A stretch of DNA of 64,000 nt. Source: a virus. Shown here piece by piece: positions 37,545 through 45,221 of the stretch. The stretch covers positions 1-64,000 of IMG/VR virus record IMGVR_UViG_3300027749_000047; one strand, 5' to 3'. Position 1 is the stretch's first letter; each line of letters starts with the position of its first letter. The notes beneath the pieces are model-generated. The model was given only the letters and a program-made list of their open reading frames with translations, did no database searches and was not told where the DNA came from. The translations under genes were made by a program, and so were the position numbers.

Positions 37545-38447
37545 TTAGACGTTATGTGCAATTGCAAGTGCAATTAGTGCAGAACGTGTTGAACGTGGTG
37601 GAATAGACACCTTAGCGCTAGTCAAAAGTGTCTTTAAGCGAATGTCTGAAATAGCAGCATACTTGTCTTCTTCTGTAGGCTCTGCTTCAACCACTGCTTC
37701 TTCGTAAGCATCAACAACATCATGCTCTTCTTCAGTAGTTACCACTTCTACATGTGTGTCGGAAAGACTACGCACATAGTCTTCAACTTCACTACGAATA
37801 GAAGCAAACACTTCAACCAAATCATATGGCTCTGGTAGTTCAGCCGGCGCCTCGTTCTTGATTGGCTTAACGGTTAGTGTTGTGTTAAGGCCTTCACCAC
37901 GAACGGTTAACGCCCATGGGTACTGTGTGCATGAGAAGTTTTCGTCCATCTCACGATAATTGTTAAACGCACGGAATAGGTCTTTTGCTCGCGCTGAACT
38001 CATCTTTAGGATGATGTGCCGACCTTCTTCCGTAAGAACGTTAACTGCAACTTTGTCTTGTCCTTTAACACGACCGTCTGCTGGCGGGAATCGCAACGAT
38101 GGAACGACTAGTTCCAACAATGGATCAGTACCACGTGGTGCATACTGGCGACGCTTTTCACCAGTGTCAGGGTCTTCCACAATGATTTGGTCATTGACTG
38201 GAAATTCTTTACAACCGCCAGGTAACTGGAAGCCACCTCGAAGTCCTTCAAATGCCGCAACTTCACGGTAGATGTGCCAACCGTGGTCAACGCTCATGGT
38301 TTCTTTATCTGTCAAGAAACGAACGATTGTGGTACCGCGCTCTAGACGGTAGATAGGACGGAAAGTGCTATTGTCCTTTTGTGGCTGTGAGTATCCATCG
38401 ATACCGGCCAGTAACAGGTCTTCGTCGATATTGTAATCAATCGGCAT
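37545..38447 (-). CDS. Single-stranded DNA-binding protein (gp32-like), C-terminal HeH/LEM-like domain
   Basis: N-terminal TIVRFL..W, aromatic OB-like body, acidic linker, then RLKTLLTSAKVSIPPRSTRSALIALA; replication context. Confidence 0.6.
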   Translation of the reverse strand: MPIDYNIDEDLLLAGIDGYSQPQKDNSTFRPIYRLERGTTIVRFLTDKETMSVDHGWHIYREVAAFEGLRGGFQLPGGCKEFPVNDQIIVEDPDTGEKRRQYAPRGTDPLLELVVPSLRFPPADGRVKGQDKVAVNVLTEEGRHIILKMSSARAKDLFRAFNNYREMDENFSCTQYPWALTVRGEGLNTTLTVKPIKNEAPAELPEPYDLVEVFASIRSEVEDYVRSLSDTHVEVVTTEEEHDVVDAYEEAVVEAEPTEEDKYAAISDIRLKTLLTSAKVSIPPRSTRSALIALAIAHNV

Positions 38448-38449
38448 AA

Positions 38450-38740
38450 CTAACTGATCTCCTTTGTTTTCTTTGCTTGTAACGCGGCTTCTCGCTTGGC
38501 GTCAATGATGGTTGCCAAATTTTCGGCAGTTTGGAAAGCAGTGCCAAGCGCAATTGCTTGCGCTCGTTCACTAGCTTCGTCGGATGTTTCTTCAGGCAAT
38601 ACAGCAATATTTGCTTCTGCAGTTGCCCATTGTGTTTGCCCATTTACCAAAAAGGTATGGGTAACTTTTACTGTGATTTTGTCGCCATCGCTTATCGGGA
38701 TGGGTGTGTAGACGTCATCATCGTCATACTCGTTACTCAT
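38450..38740 (-). CDS. Hypothetical protein
   Basis: Start MSNEY at 38740 by overlap with upstream stop. Confidence 0.65.
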   Translation of the reverse strand: MSNEYDDDDVYTPIPISDGDKITVKVTHTFLVNGQTQWATAEANIAVLPEETSDEASERAQAIALGTAFQTAENLATIIDAKREAALQAKKTKEIS

Positions 38741-39146
38741 CGGTGCTTTCCTCCGTGTCAATGATTTCGCTGATTGATAGCCATGGCTTACGTGGCTTAA
38801 TTGCGATTATCTTATTTGCTAAGTCAGCTTCTAAACCGCCATTAGTTACTATACGGTTAAATGCTGTTTTGTCCAAAACTGGCTTAGTTACTTTTGAATA
38901 CAATTCTGGTGCTTCTGCTTTTAGCACCGCTAGGTCAACATCAAAAGTTTCACTACGCATTACTTTGGCTTTGAAGTGACGGTTATCAACCTCAAAATCT
39001 ATTTTTTCAAACAAGTCTGCTAGTTGAACTTGAATAAATTCAATCTCATGTTCAATTTCTACTTTCCTTGCTTTTAACTGTAAAAGCCTATAAAGGTCTT
39101 TTGTAAGATCTTCATCTGCTTTTTCTATTGTGTCTTGTTCAGACAT
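38733..39146 (-). CDS. Hypothetical replication-region protein (coiled-coil N-terminus)
   Basis: 137 aa, RBS AGAGGA. Confidence 0.65.
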   Translation of the reverse strand: MSEQDTIEKADEDLTKDLYRLLQLKARKVEIEHEIEFIQVQLADLFEKIDFEVDNRHFKAKVMRSETFDVDLAVLKAEAPELYSKVTKPVLDKTAFNRIVTNGGLEADLANKIIAIKPRKPWLSISEIIDTEESTDE

Positions 39147-39168
39147 TTTTTCCTCTTTTCAGTGTATT

Positions 39169-39426
39169 TTAATTTTTATCAACATAAGGCAAAATTTTAA
39201 CTGCCTCGTCACGACGGTGTAGCCATTCTAATTCATGACATGGTGCCATTTCATAATTATATGGATCAAGAATCCCGCCGTTGCATTTTGGACAATAAGT
39301 CATAGCGCTGTGGTCTTGGATTTGCATTACGTGACGATGAGTCACTCCCAATACCCAAAAGTATCTTAATGCGGTATTTACGGGGCTTAGCTGCAAATGC
39401 AGCCATTCTTTAATGTTGTTAAACAT
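39169..39426 (-). CDS. Small Zn-ribbon protein
   Basis: YCPKCNGG...PCH. Confidence 0.6.
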   Translation of the reverse strand: MFNNIKEWLHLQLSPVNTALRYFWVLGVTHRHVMQIQDHSAMTYCPKCNGGILDPYNYEMAPCHELEWLHRRDEAVKILPYVDKN

Positions 39427-39434
39427 TTCTCTCC

Positions 39435-40259
39435 TTAACTGTGTTTTTTGTATGTACTGTTTTGTAATAGGTTACGAATGCTTGTGATTCGTTCACCTAC
39501 TTTTACTTCGCCAGGATCATTGCCACCCACTGTAGTCCAATGGTGTGACAAAACTGGTGAAATGTCATTTAACTGGTATTTTGCTCTTTGTGACGCACCC
39601 CAACCAGCATTATCATCATCAAAAGCAGTAATAACTACCTTTGGTGATAAATCTGCAATCATTTGCACTTGTGGTGCATGTAACCCCGAACCAAAGCAAC
39701 CTAAAACTGTCCAATGCTCTGGTATACCTGACTGATCTAAGGCCATAACGTCAGCAGCACCTTCAACCAAAACAATTACTCGTGATGGTTTGTATTCACC
39801 ATAAAAAGTTGCTGATGTTCTTACACCGTATGGGTATTTGTATTTGGCTTTTTCATCTTCATGCCTTGTAACTACACCAATAAGTTGATTGTTTTGATTT
39901 CTTATTGGATAAGTTGGTGAACCATCAACATAACTAGTTCCACATCGATGTTTAGTTGCTGTTTCAACACCAAACCTTTTTACCCAGTAGGGGCTAGGGC
40001 TATGTGCATCAAATATGTCAAGCCAGGCTTCTGAGTAAATGCGTGCTGGTACATCACCAGCAAGTACGCGAATAATGTCTTCAACAGTTGGTACATAACC
40101 TTCTGTTGTTCCATTAGCTTTACATGCGTGACAATACCAAACACCTTTACCTACGTTAACTGATGCTGAAGCGTTACCGTCATCGTGTACAGGGCAACAA
40201 AACGACCGCTCTAATCCTCTTCCTGTCGTTAAAGCCTCGTCTAACGTTATTCTTTTCAT
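39435..40259 (-). CDS. DNA primase (CHC2 Zn finger plus TOPRIM)
   Basis: CPVHDD...WYCHAC; LVEGAADV; FDDDNAG. Confidence 0.92.
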   Translation of the reverse strand: MKRITLDEALTTGRGLERSFCCPVHDDGNASASVNVGKGVWYCHACKANGTTEGYVPTVEDIIRVLAGDVPARIYSEAWLDIFDAHSPSPYWVKRFGVETATKHRCGTSYVDGSPTYPIRNQNNQLIGVVTRHEDEKAKYKYPYGVRTSATFYGEYKPSRVIVLVEGAADVMALDQSGIPEHWTVLGCFGSGLHAPQVQMIADLSPKVVITAFDDDNAGWGASQRAKYQLNDISPVLSHHWTTVGGNDPGEVKVGERITSIRNLLQNSTYKKHS

Positions 40260-40265
40260 GTTTTC

Positions 40266-41564
40266 CTAACTTATTTGTATTTCGTCAGCTTCATCGTCAG
40301 CCATTCGCATTTCTGTTGCTTTTTCAGCACTAATGTCATTAAAGCGCCCAAACGTTGGGTCAAACTCTGTAAACCATCGAGCGCCCGACTCACCATGGCG
40401 ATACTTAGTTAATGAATTAAGCAATACTCGTTTAGATATTCGCTTGAGTGTTATTAGTGCGTCTGCGTCTTGTCCAAGCGCATCAGATTGTGCTAAATGT
40501 TCAGCGCCTGGTGTTTTGTCTGAATTACCACCTGCACGGTTAATTTGCGCTGCAGCAATAATTGGAATGTTACGGTTAAGCGCTACTTCTTTTAGTTGGT
40601 TAGAAATAGCAGCCATGGCACGCCAATCTTCAATCGCTCTAGAGCCTGTGGTTGTATGCATCAAACCAACATAATCAACAATTACTAATGTGTTTTCATT
40701 AGCAACCGCTGAAATAACTGAGGCATCGCATCTACCTTTAGATGGATCATAAATACTGATTGTTCCTTTATCTTCACTTGACCATTTTTCCAAAAGGTCA
40801 CGGCGAGTATCTATGTCTATGTCTTGCCATGGATGTTTATAGTTTTGGAATGCTACGCGGTGAATACGGTCCTGTACTGATTTGGCAGGCATTTCTAAAC
40901 TAAAGTATGCGACATCCCAACCACCTTCGGCAGCAGCTACGGCATGTTGAATCATTTTCCATGATTTACCAATACCTAGACGCGCTGCAACAAACCACAA
41001 ATCTCCAGCCGCTATGCCACCTGTAAGGGTGTTTAACATACCAAATGGTACTGGACATATCTGCAGGTCTTCATTGCTTTCTAGGAGCGTTAAATCGGTT
41101 GCGTCAATACCCATGCCAATTGCTGGTTGTATTTGGTTTAGCCCGGTTTTTAGAATGTCAATTGCTTCATCGTTTGCATCTTCTGCAAGTGATGCTGATG
41201 CTTTGGACATTGCTGAGCGTAGTACGCGGTTGGTGTGTGCATCTGATAGTTGGCTTGCAGCCCACACAGGGTTTATGTCTGATGTGTATGGGAATCGCGC
41301 ATAGCGTTCTAGCAGTAAATGAATAGGTGGTGCACAGTTAGCATCTTGTTGGTATTTCATACAAAACTCGTGAATAGGTTTATGGCCTGATATTTGTTCT
41401 GTCTTAATACCAAACATTCCAGGCACATAAACGCCTGTATCTAAAAGCGCTGAAATAAATAATGCTTCCGGAGCATGATCTGCTGTAGAACCGTAATTTA
41501 TCTCTTTTTGTCTATTGCTAACTAACTGAACATAACTATCTTTTTCTTTTTTCTGTAATCCCAT
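40266..41564 (-). CDS. dnaB: DnaB-like replicative helicase
   Basis: AARLGIGKS Walker A, YFSLEM, IVDYVGL, AAAQINR, SDALGQDAD, KYRHG. Confidence 0.93.
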   Translation of the reverse strand: MGLQKKEKDSYVQLVSNRQKEINYGSTADHAPEALFISALLDTGVYVPGMFGIKTEQISGHKPIHEFCMKYQQDANCAPPIHLLLERYARFPYTSDINPVWAASQLSDAHTNRVLRSAMSKASASLAEDANDEAIDILKTGLNQIQPAIGMGIDATDLTLLESNEDLQICPVPFGMLNTLTGGIAAGDLWFVAARLGIGKSWKMIQHAVAAAEGGWDVAYFSLEMPAKSVQDRIHRVAFQNYKHPWQDIDIDTRRDLLEKWSSEDKGTISIYDPSKGRCDASVISAVANENTLVIVDYVGLMHTTTGSRAIEDWRAMAAISNQLKEVALNRNIPIIAAAQINRAGGNSDKTPGAEHLAQSDALGQDADALITLKRISKRVLLNSLTKYRHGESGARWFTEFDPTFGRFNDISAEKATEMRMADDEADEIQIS

Positions 41565-41590
41565 GTTTTCTCCTATGTGTTAAAAAGCAA

Positions 41591-41642
41591 AAGAGCCTTA
41601 AGTCTGTGCCTAGGATTACCTAGACTAAGGCTTAAAGCTCTT
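41591..41642 (-). terminator. Long hairpin plus U-rich tract in leader upstream of helicase
   Basis: AAGAGC/GCTCTT closing stem with inner AGCCTTA-AGTCT/AGACT-AAGGCT; minus strand continues TTTTGCTTTTT then RBS. Confidence 0.6.
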
Positions 41643-41701
41643 CTTGGGAAGTTAATCTGTTAAATCTTTTGGGCATACTGCCCCTTCCCCGTGTATAAGC
41701 A

Positions 41702-41710
41702 ATTATAGCA
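41702..41710 (-). promoter_or_regulatory. Extended -10 promoter element, leftward
   Basis: Minus strand TGCTATAAT; no clear -35. Confidence 0.5.
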
Positions 41711-41822
41711 GATAAATCTGTACAGGGATACCATTTAAGAACTGTTAACAGGTAATGCTTTATAACGATTTTGTTATAAACAGTAAAAGCAAGAAAAGTA
41801 AGCGTTGTGATTAGGAAGTATA

Positions 41823-41831
41823 TGCTACAAT
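41823..41831 (+). promoter_or_regulatory. Extended -10 promoter element, rightward
   Basis: TGCTACAAT a few nt upstream of the structured RNA. Confidence 0.55.
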
Positions 41832-41834
41832 AAA

Positions 41835-42053
41835 GGCTGAGTACGTAGTGTTCAGAAAGCGGATTAAATAACATTCACAATAACACTCCTTAAAGGTGTT
41901 GAAGTGAAAGAAGCAAAAGCAGAAAATCCGAGAACTTACCAGAGCATAGCTGTTAAAGCGAAGCGCCACTACGGTACGGAAGCCTATACATATAGTGATT
42001 AACACTGTAAAAACTAGGTGAGAATTAACCCTTGCAAACGCAGGGGTTTTTTC
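41835..42053 (+). ncRNA. Putative ~220-nt structured RNA ending in an intrinsic terminator
   Basis: Nested helices GGCT..GTAC-GTAGTG/CACTAC-GTAC..AGCC, CGGATT/AATCCG, TTCAC/GTGAA, AACAC/GTGTT; hairpin TATAGTG/CACTGTA; terminator AACCCTTGC-AAAC-GCAGGGGTT-T5. Confidence 0.55.
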
Positions 42054-42094
42054 TTTTGATACACTTATCACATAACTACTATCAAGGAGAAGCT

Positions 42095-42511
42095 ATGGCT
42101 TTATCACGAATTACCGGTTTTCAAGCATATGCACATATGCATCAATGGATGCTGCAACACAAAAAAGGTTTTCTAGGCCATTGCCATAAAACATGTCAAG
42201 ACGCTTGGGGATTACCAGTTAAATATGCTTCAGCTATTGATGCTTGGAATCATGTGCCAAAGAAACATCAACACACTGATCTGTCTAAGATTCCAGTGGG
42301 TTCGCCAATCTTTATGGATGGTGGCCAATATGGTCACGTATGCCTCCAGTCAGACAAAAAAGGCATTGTTATATCTACAGATGCTCCAACAGCTGATTAC
42401 ATTGGTGAAGTGCCATTGGAATGGTTTACCAAGCATTGGGGTAAAAAAGTTCTTGGCTGGGCATCTCAATACAATGACGTTGATTTGCAATTAGACAAAA
42501 TGCCTGTTTAA
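42095..42511 (+). CDS. Endolysin, CHAP/NlpC-P60-like peptidase, catalytic domain only
   Basis: GHCHKTCQDAWG...SAIDAW...PVGSPIFM.GGQYGHV...WGKKVLGW; ATG 42095 after AAGGAG. Confidence 0.78.
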   Translation: MALSRITGFQAYAHMHQWMLQHKKGFLGHCHKTCQDAWGLPVKYASAIDAWNHVPKKHQHTDLSKIPVGSPIFMDGGQYGHVCLQSDKKGIVISTDAPTADYIGEVPLEWFTKHWGKKVLGWASQYNDVDLQLDKMPV

Positions 42512-42519
42512 ACTAGGCA

Positions 42520-42602
42520 GGGGCAGGAAGGTTTCGACTAGACATTAAGACCACACGTTGGTAGTGTCTAGGACCAGAGTTCAATTCTCTGCTGCTCCAC
42601 AC
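42520..42602 (+). ncRNA. Mini-tmRNA: tRNA-like domain only, no mRNA-like domain
   Basis: 5' GGGGCAG-GAAGGTTTCGAC; helix CTAGACATT/AGTGTCTAG; GAC linker; T-arm CAGAG-TTCAATT-CTCTG; 3' CTGCTCC-A with G3:U70; CCA not fully encoded. Confidence 0.85.
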
Positions 42603-42621
42603 AAAAGAAAGTGAGAAAAAA

Positions 42622-42951
42622 ATGGAATATGAAGACCCTGTATTAACTAGATTCTATTCATTTACTAAAAAAGATTTAGAAACTGGTTGTTTAATTTGGC
42701 AAGGTGGAATAAAAGGCAAAGGCTATGGTGCTTTTAAGTTTGAAAAAGTATCTCACCGTGCACATAGATTCATTTATGAATATGTAAAAAACAATAATGA
42801 GCGTTTACCACGAGAAACAATTATTAGACACACATGTGACACCCCATTATGCGTTGACTTAAATCATTTATTACCAGGAACACATAAAGAAAACTATCAA
42901 GACTCTGTTGACCGTGGTAGAAGAATATTTAAGAAAAAAGATATTGCATGA
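42622..42951 (+). CDS. HNH endonuclease (HNH_3/homing type)
   Basis: GCLIWQG...GYG.F...AHRF.YE...IRHTCDTPLCVDLNHLLPGTHKENYQD. Confidence 0.9.
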   Translation: MEYEDPVLTRFYSFTKKDLETGCLIWQGGIKGKGYGAFKFEKVSHRAHRFIYEYVKNNNERLPRETIIRHTCDTPLCVDLNHLLPGTHKENYQDSVDRGRRIFKKKDIA

Positions 42952-43085
42952 GTACATCAGATATCATTACCGGAATGTTATTGGCCTTTTTAGGTGGGTC
43001 AATGTTTTTGTTAACGCTCATGATGATGTTTATGATATGGGATGATTATCAAGATAACAAGAAAAGACGTAACAGCAAAAAATGA
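42948..43085 (+). CDS. 45-aa single-TM protein (not in ORF track)
   Basis: MSTSDIITGMLLAFLGGSMFLLTLMMMFMIWDDYQDNKKRRNSKK; ATGA overlaps at both ends. Confidence 0.6.
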   Translation: MSTSDIITGMLLAFLGGSMFLLTLMMMFMIWDDYQDNKKRRNSKK

Positions 43086-44587
43086 CCGAAGCACCTATCT
43101 TTAGCCTTGTCAGGCCACCAACTAATAAAGAAGAACTATGGTGGACTGTCAAGACTCTATGGGGTGTTGAATTACCTAGAGTACAGGTATGTCCAGATCA
43201 CACGGCTCCTTTTGATGCATTTGCGGAGGCTTATTTTGGTAACGAGTTTAACTGGGTTCTTTGGTATGGTTCGCGTGGTACTGGCAAAAGCTATATGCTT
43301 GCTCTTTTGGCCCTTACTAAAGCTGCTCTTCTTGAAATAAATGTGACACTATTGGGTGGGTCTATGGCTCAGTCACAAAACATTCACGAGCATGTTGAGT
43401 TTTTGACACAACACAAGCATGCACCTGTTCATGCAATTGAATCTATGATTAAAACACAGATTACTTTTACTGGCGGTAATTGGATTAGACCACTACCTGC
43501 ATCACAAAAGACTGTTCGTGGACCTCACCCTCAAATGACATTACTTGATGAGATTGATGAAATGGAACGCAAGATTTATGATGCTGCTATGGGTCAGGCT
43601 ATGACTAAACCCAATGCTAGAGGTGTTGAAGTTGCTGAAATGGTTGTTGCTTCGTCTACATGGCAAAATCCTGTTGGTACTTTTCAGTCTGTTATGGATG
43701 AGGCTTTGGCTAAAGGTATGCCTGTTCGTACATGGTGTTATCGTGAGCAGTTAAAGCCTCATGGGTGGATGGATCCTGATTTTATTGAGCGTAAGCGTAT
43801 GTCTGTTCCGGCTGAGATGTTTCGTGTTGAGTATGAGCTTGGTGAGCCTGCTGGTGGTTCACGTGCGTTTGATTTAGAGAAACTTAATAAGGCTTTTGTT
43901 GATTTAGAGATTGTTGATGAGCGTCATTCGGCTAATGATGATGAGTGGGTATTCGAACGACCTGTACCTACTGCTACTTATTCTGCTGGTGCCGATTGGG
44001 CTAAAGAGCAGGATAAGACTGTTATTGCTGTGTTTAGGCTTGATGAAAGTATTAGACGGCTTGTTTATTATCGTAGGTTTAATCGTACTGATTGGCCAAC
44101 AATGATTGGCGTGTTTAATCGAGTAACTACCGAGTATCAAGCTATGGCGGCGCATGATGCTACAGGTATTGGCAATGTTGTTCATGACATGGTTGATGAG
44201 CGAGTTATTAAATTTACTATGTCTTCTAATAAACGTACAGAGATGTTGACTAATTACATTACGGCTGTTGAGCAAGGTCGCTATAAGTTGCCTCGTAATA
44301 CTCCTGCGTACCTACAGCATAAGTCAACTACGGTTGAGGAAGTCTTTGGTGGTGGCGGTTGGAACTCTCATCTGTCTGATGATGTGTGTGCTTTTGCTTT
44401 GGCTCATCATGCTGCAGAGCGTATGGCTCCGCCGGCAGCTGGTGAGGGCGTTAAGAAGACAGAGTATGCTCCTGAAAAGTTTAAAGACATTACTCCTGTG
44501 TATGAGGATGATGGTCGTTATGTTACGCAAGTGGGTGCTGTTACTGTTAAAGATGATAGCGGTGTTGGAGTTTTTAATCTTTTCTAA
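43082..44587 (+). CDS. terL: Terminase large subunit
   Basis: GSRGTGKS Walker A, TLLDEIDE Walker B, GADWAKEQD and SDDVCA nuclease motifs. Confidence 0.93.
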   Translation: MTEAPIFSLVRPPTNKEELWWTVKTLWGVELPRVQVCPDHTAPFDAFAEAYFGNEFNWVLWYGSRGTGKSYMLALLALTKAALLEINVTLLGGSMAQSQNIHEHVEFLTQHKHAPVHAIESMIKTQITFTGGNWIRPLPASQKTVRGPHPQMTLLDEIDEMERKIYDAAMGQAMTKPNARGVEVAEMVVASSTWQNPVGTFQSVMDEALAKGMPVRTWCYREQLKPHGWMDPDFIERKRMSVPAEMFRVEYELGEPAGGSRAFDLEKLNKAFVDLEIVDERHSANDDEWVFERPVPTATYSAGADWAKEQDKTVIAVFRLDESIRRLVYYRRFNRTDWPTMIGVFNRVTTEYQAMAAHDATGIGNVVHDMVDERVIKFTMSSNKRTEMLTNYITAVEQGRYKLPRNTPAYLQHKSTTVEEVFGGGGWNSHLSDDVCAFALAHHAAERMAPPAAGEGVKKTEYAPEKFKDITPVYEDDGRYVTQVGAVTVKDDSGVGVFNLF

Positions 44588-44650
44588 TTGCAAACGTGTT
44601 GTTATGGGTTTAGTCTTGTAGTATCTGCTGTCTTTCTTTGCGAGGTTCTT

Positions 44651-44935
44651 ATGAACAAATTTCTTAAATGGCTTGGTACTAGCCCTACTGCTGCTGTATT
44701 AAAAATTGCCCTTGGTGGTTTGTTAGTTATTGTGTTTGATTCTATTGATTCATATAACTTGCCTGCAGGTGTTGCTTTGGCAATTACTGCGCTTATCCCA
44801 GTTATTGTTGATGCGCTTAATCCTCAAGACCCTCGTTTTGGTAGAGGTAAATCTCCTAGTCTTAAAGACTTTTTGGCTGTTATTGATGGTATTGTTGGCG
44901 AACGTCAATCTGCTGTTGAACCAAAGAAGCCATAA
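44651..44935 (+). CDS. Holin
   Basis: Two TM segments ending DALNPQDPRFGRG, actinophage holin-like; ATG 44651 after GAGG. Confidence 0.75.
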   Translation: MNKFLKWLGTSPTAAVLKIALGGLLVIVFDSIDSYNLPAGVALAITALIPVIVDALNPQDPRFGRGKSPSLKDFLAVIDGIVGERQSAVEPKKP

Positions 44936-44940
44936 GTGTT

Positions 44941-45180
44941 ATGGATCAGTCGCTTATACACGTAGGCCAAATCTGCGGGGCTTTATTAGCTATTCTTTCT
45001 TTGGGTGGTGTGTTAGTGAAGTGGGGCATTGTTAAACCAATTAAGGCTTACATTGACCAAATGACTTACCCTATTCAACCTCATGCTAATGGTGGTGATT
45101 CTTTACCAGATGTCATTAAGACAATGAAAAGAATAGAAAACAAACTAGACCAGCATCTTGATGTGGATCACGGTCGTTAA
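44941..45180 (+). CDS. Lysis-associated membrane protein
   Basis: TM then QPHANGGDSLPDVI..IE.KLD.H pattern typical of actinophage genes beside holins. Confidence 0.65.
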   Translation: MDQSLIHVGQICGALLAILSLGGVLVKWGIVKPIKAYIDQMTYPIQPHANGGDSLPDVIKTMKRIENKLDQHLDVDHGR

Positions 45181-45221
45181 AAAAACGCGTAGTGTAGGCT
45201 AAACCTGTACTTGGAGGAATT

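Noticed and set aside
41904-42002. 32-codon ORF (VKEAKAENPRTY...) as a tag-coding piece supplied in trans to the mini-tmRNA
   Set aside because: It does not end in an ALAA-like degron, lacks a typical resume-codon context, and I found no complementarity to the mini-tmRNA loop.
42570-42602. The tmRNA-like sequence as an attP site for integration into host ssrA
   Set aside because: attP copies carry only the 3' end. Here the 5' end is also present and pairs with it, and no integrase is seen in the window (the few kb outside the window were not visible).
42622-42951. RNA-guided nuclease system (IscB/HEARO-like) formed by the HNH gene and nearby RNAs
   Set aside because: The protein is a 109-aa stand-alone HNH with no RuvC segments or PLMP-like N-terminus; an ordinary homing or packaging-associated HNH is the simpler reading.
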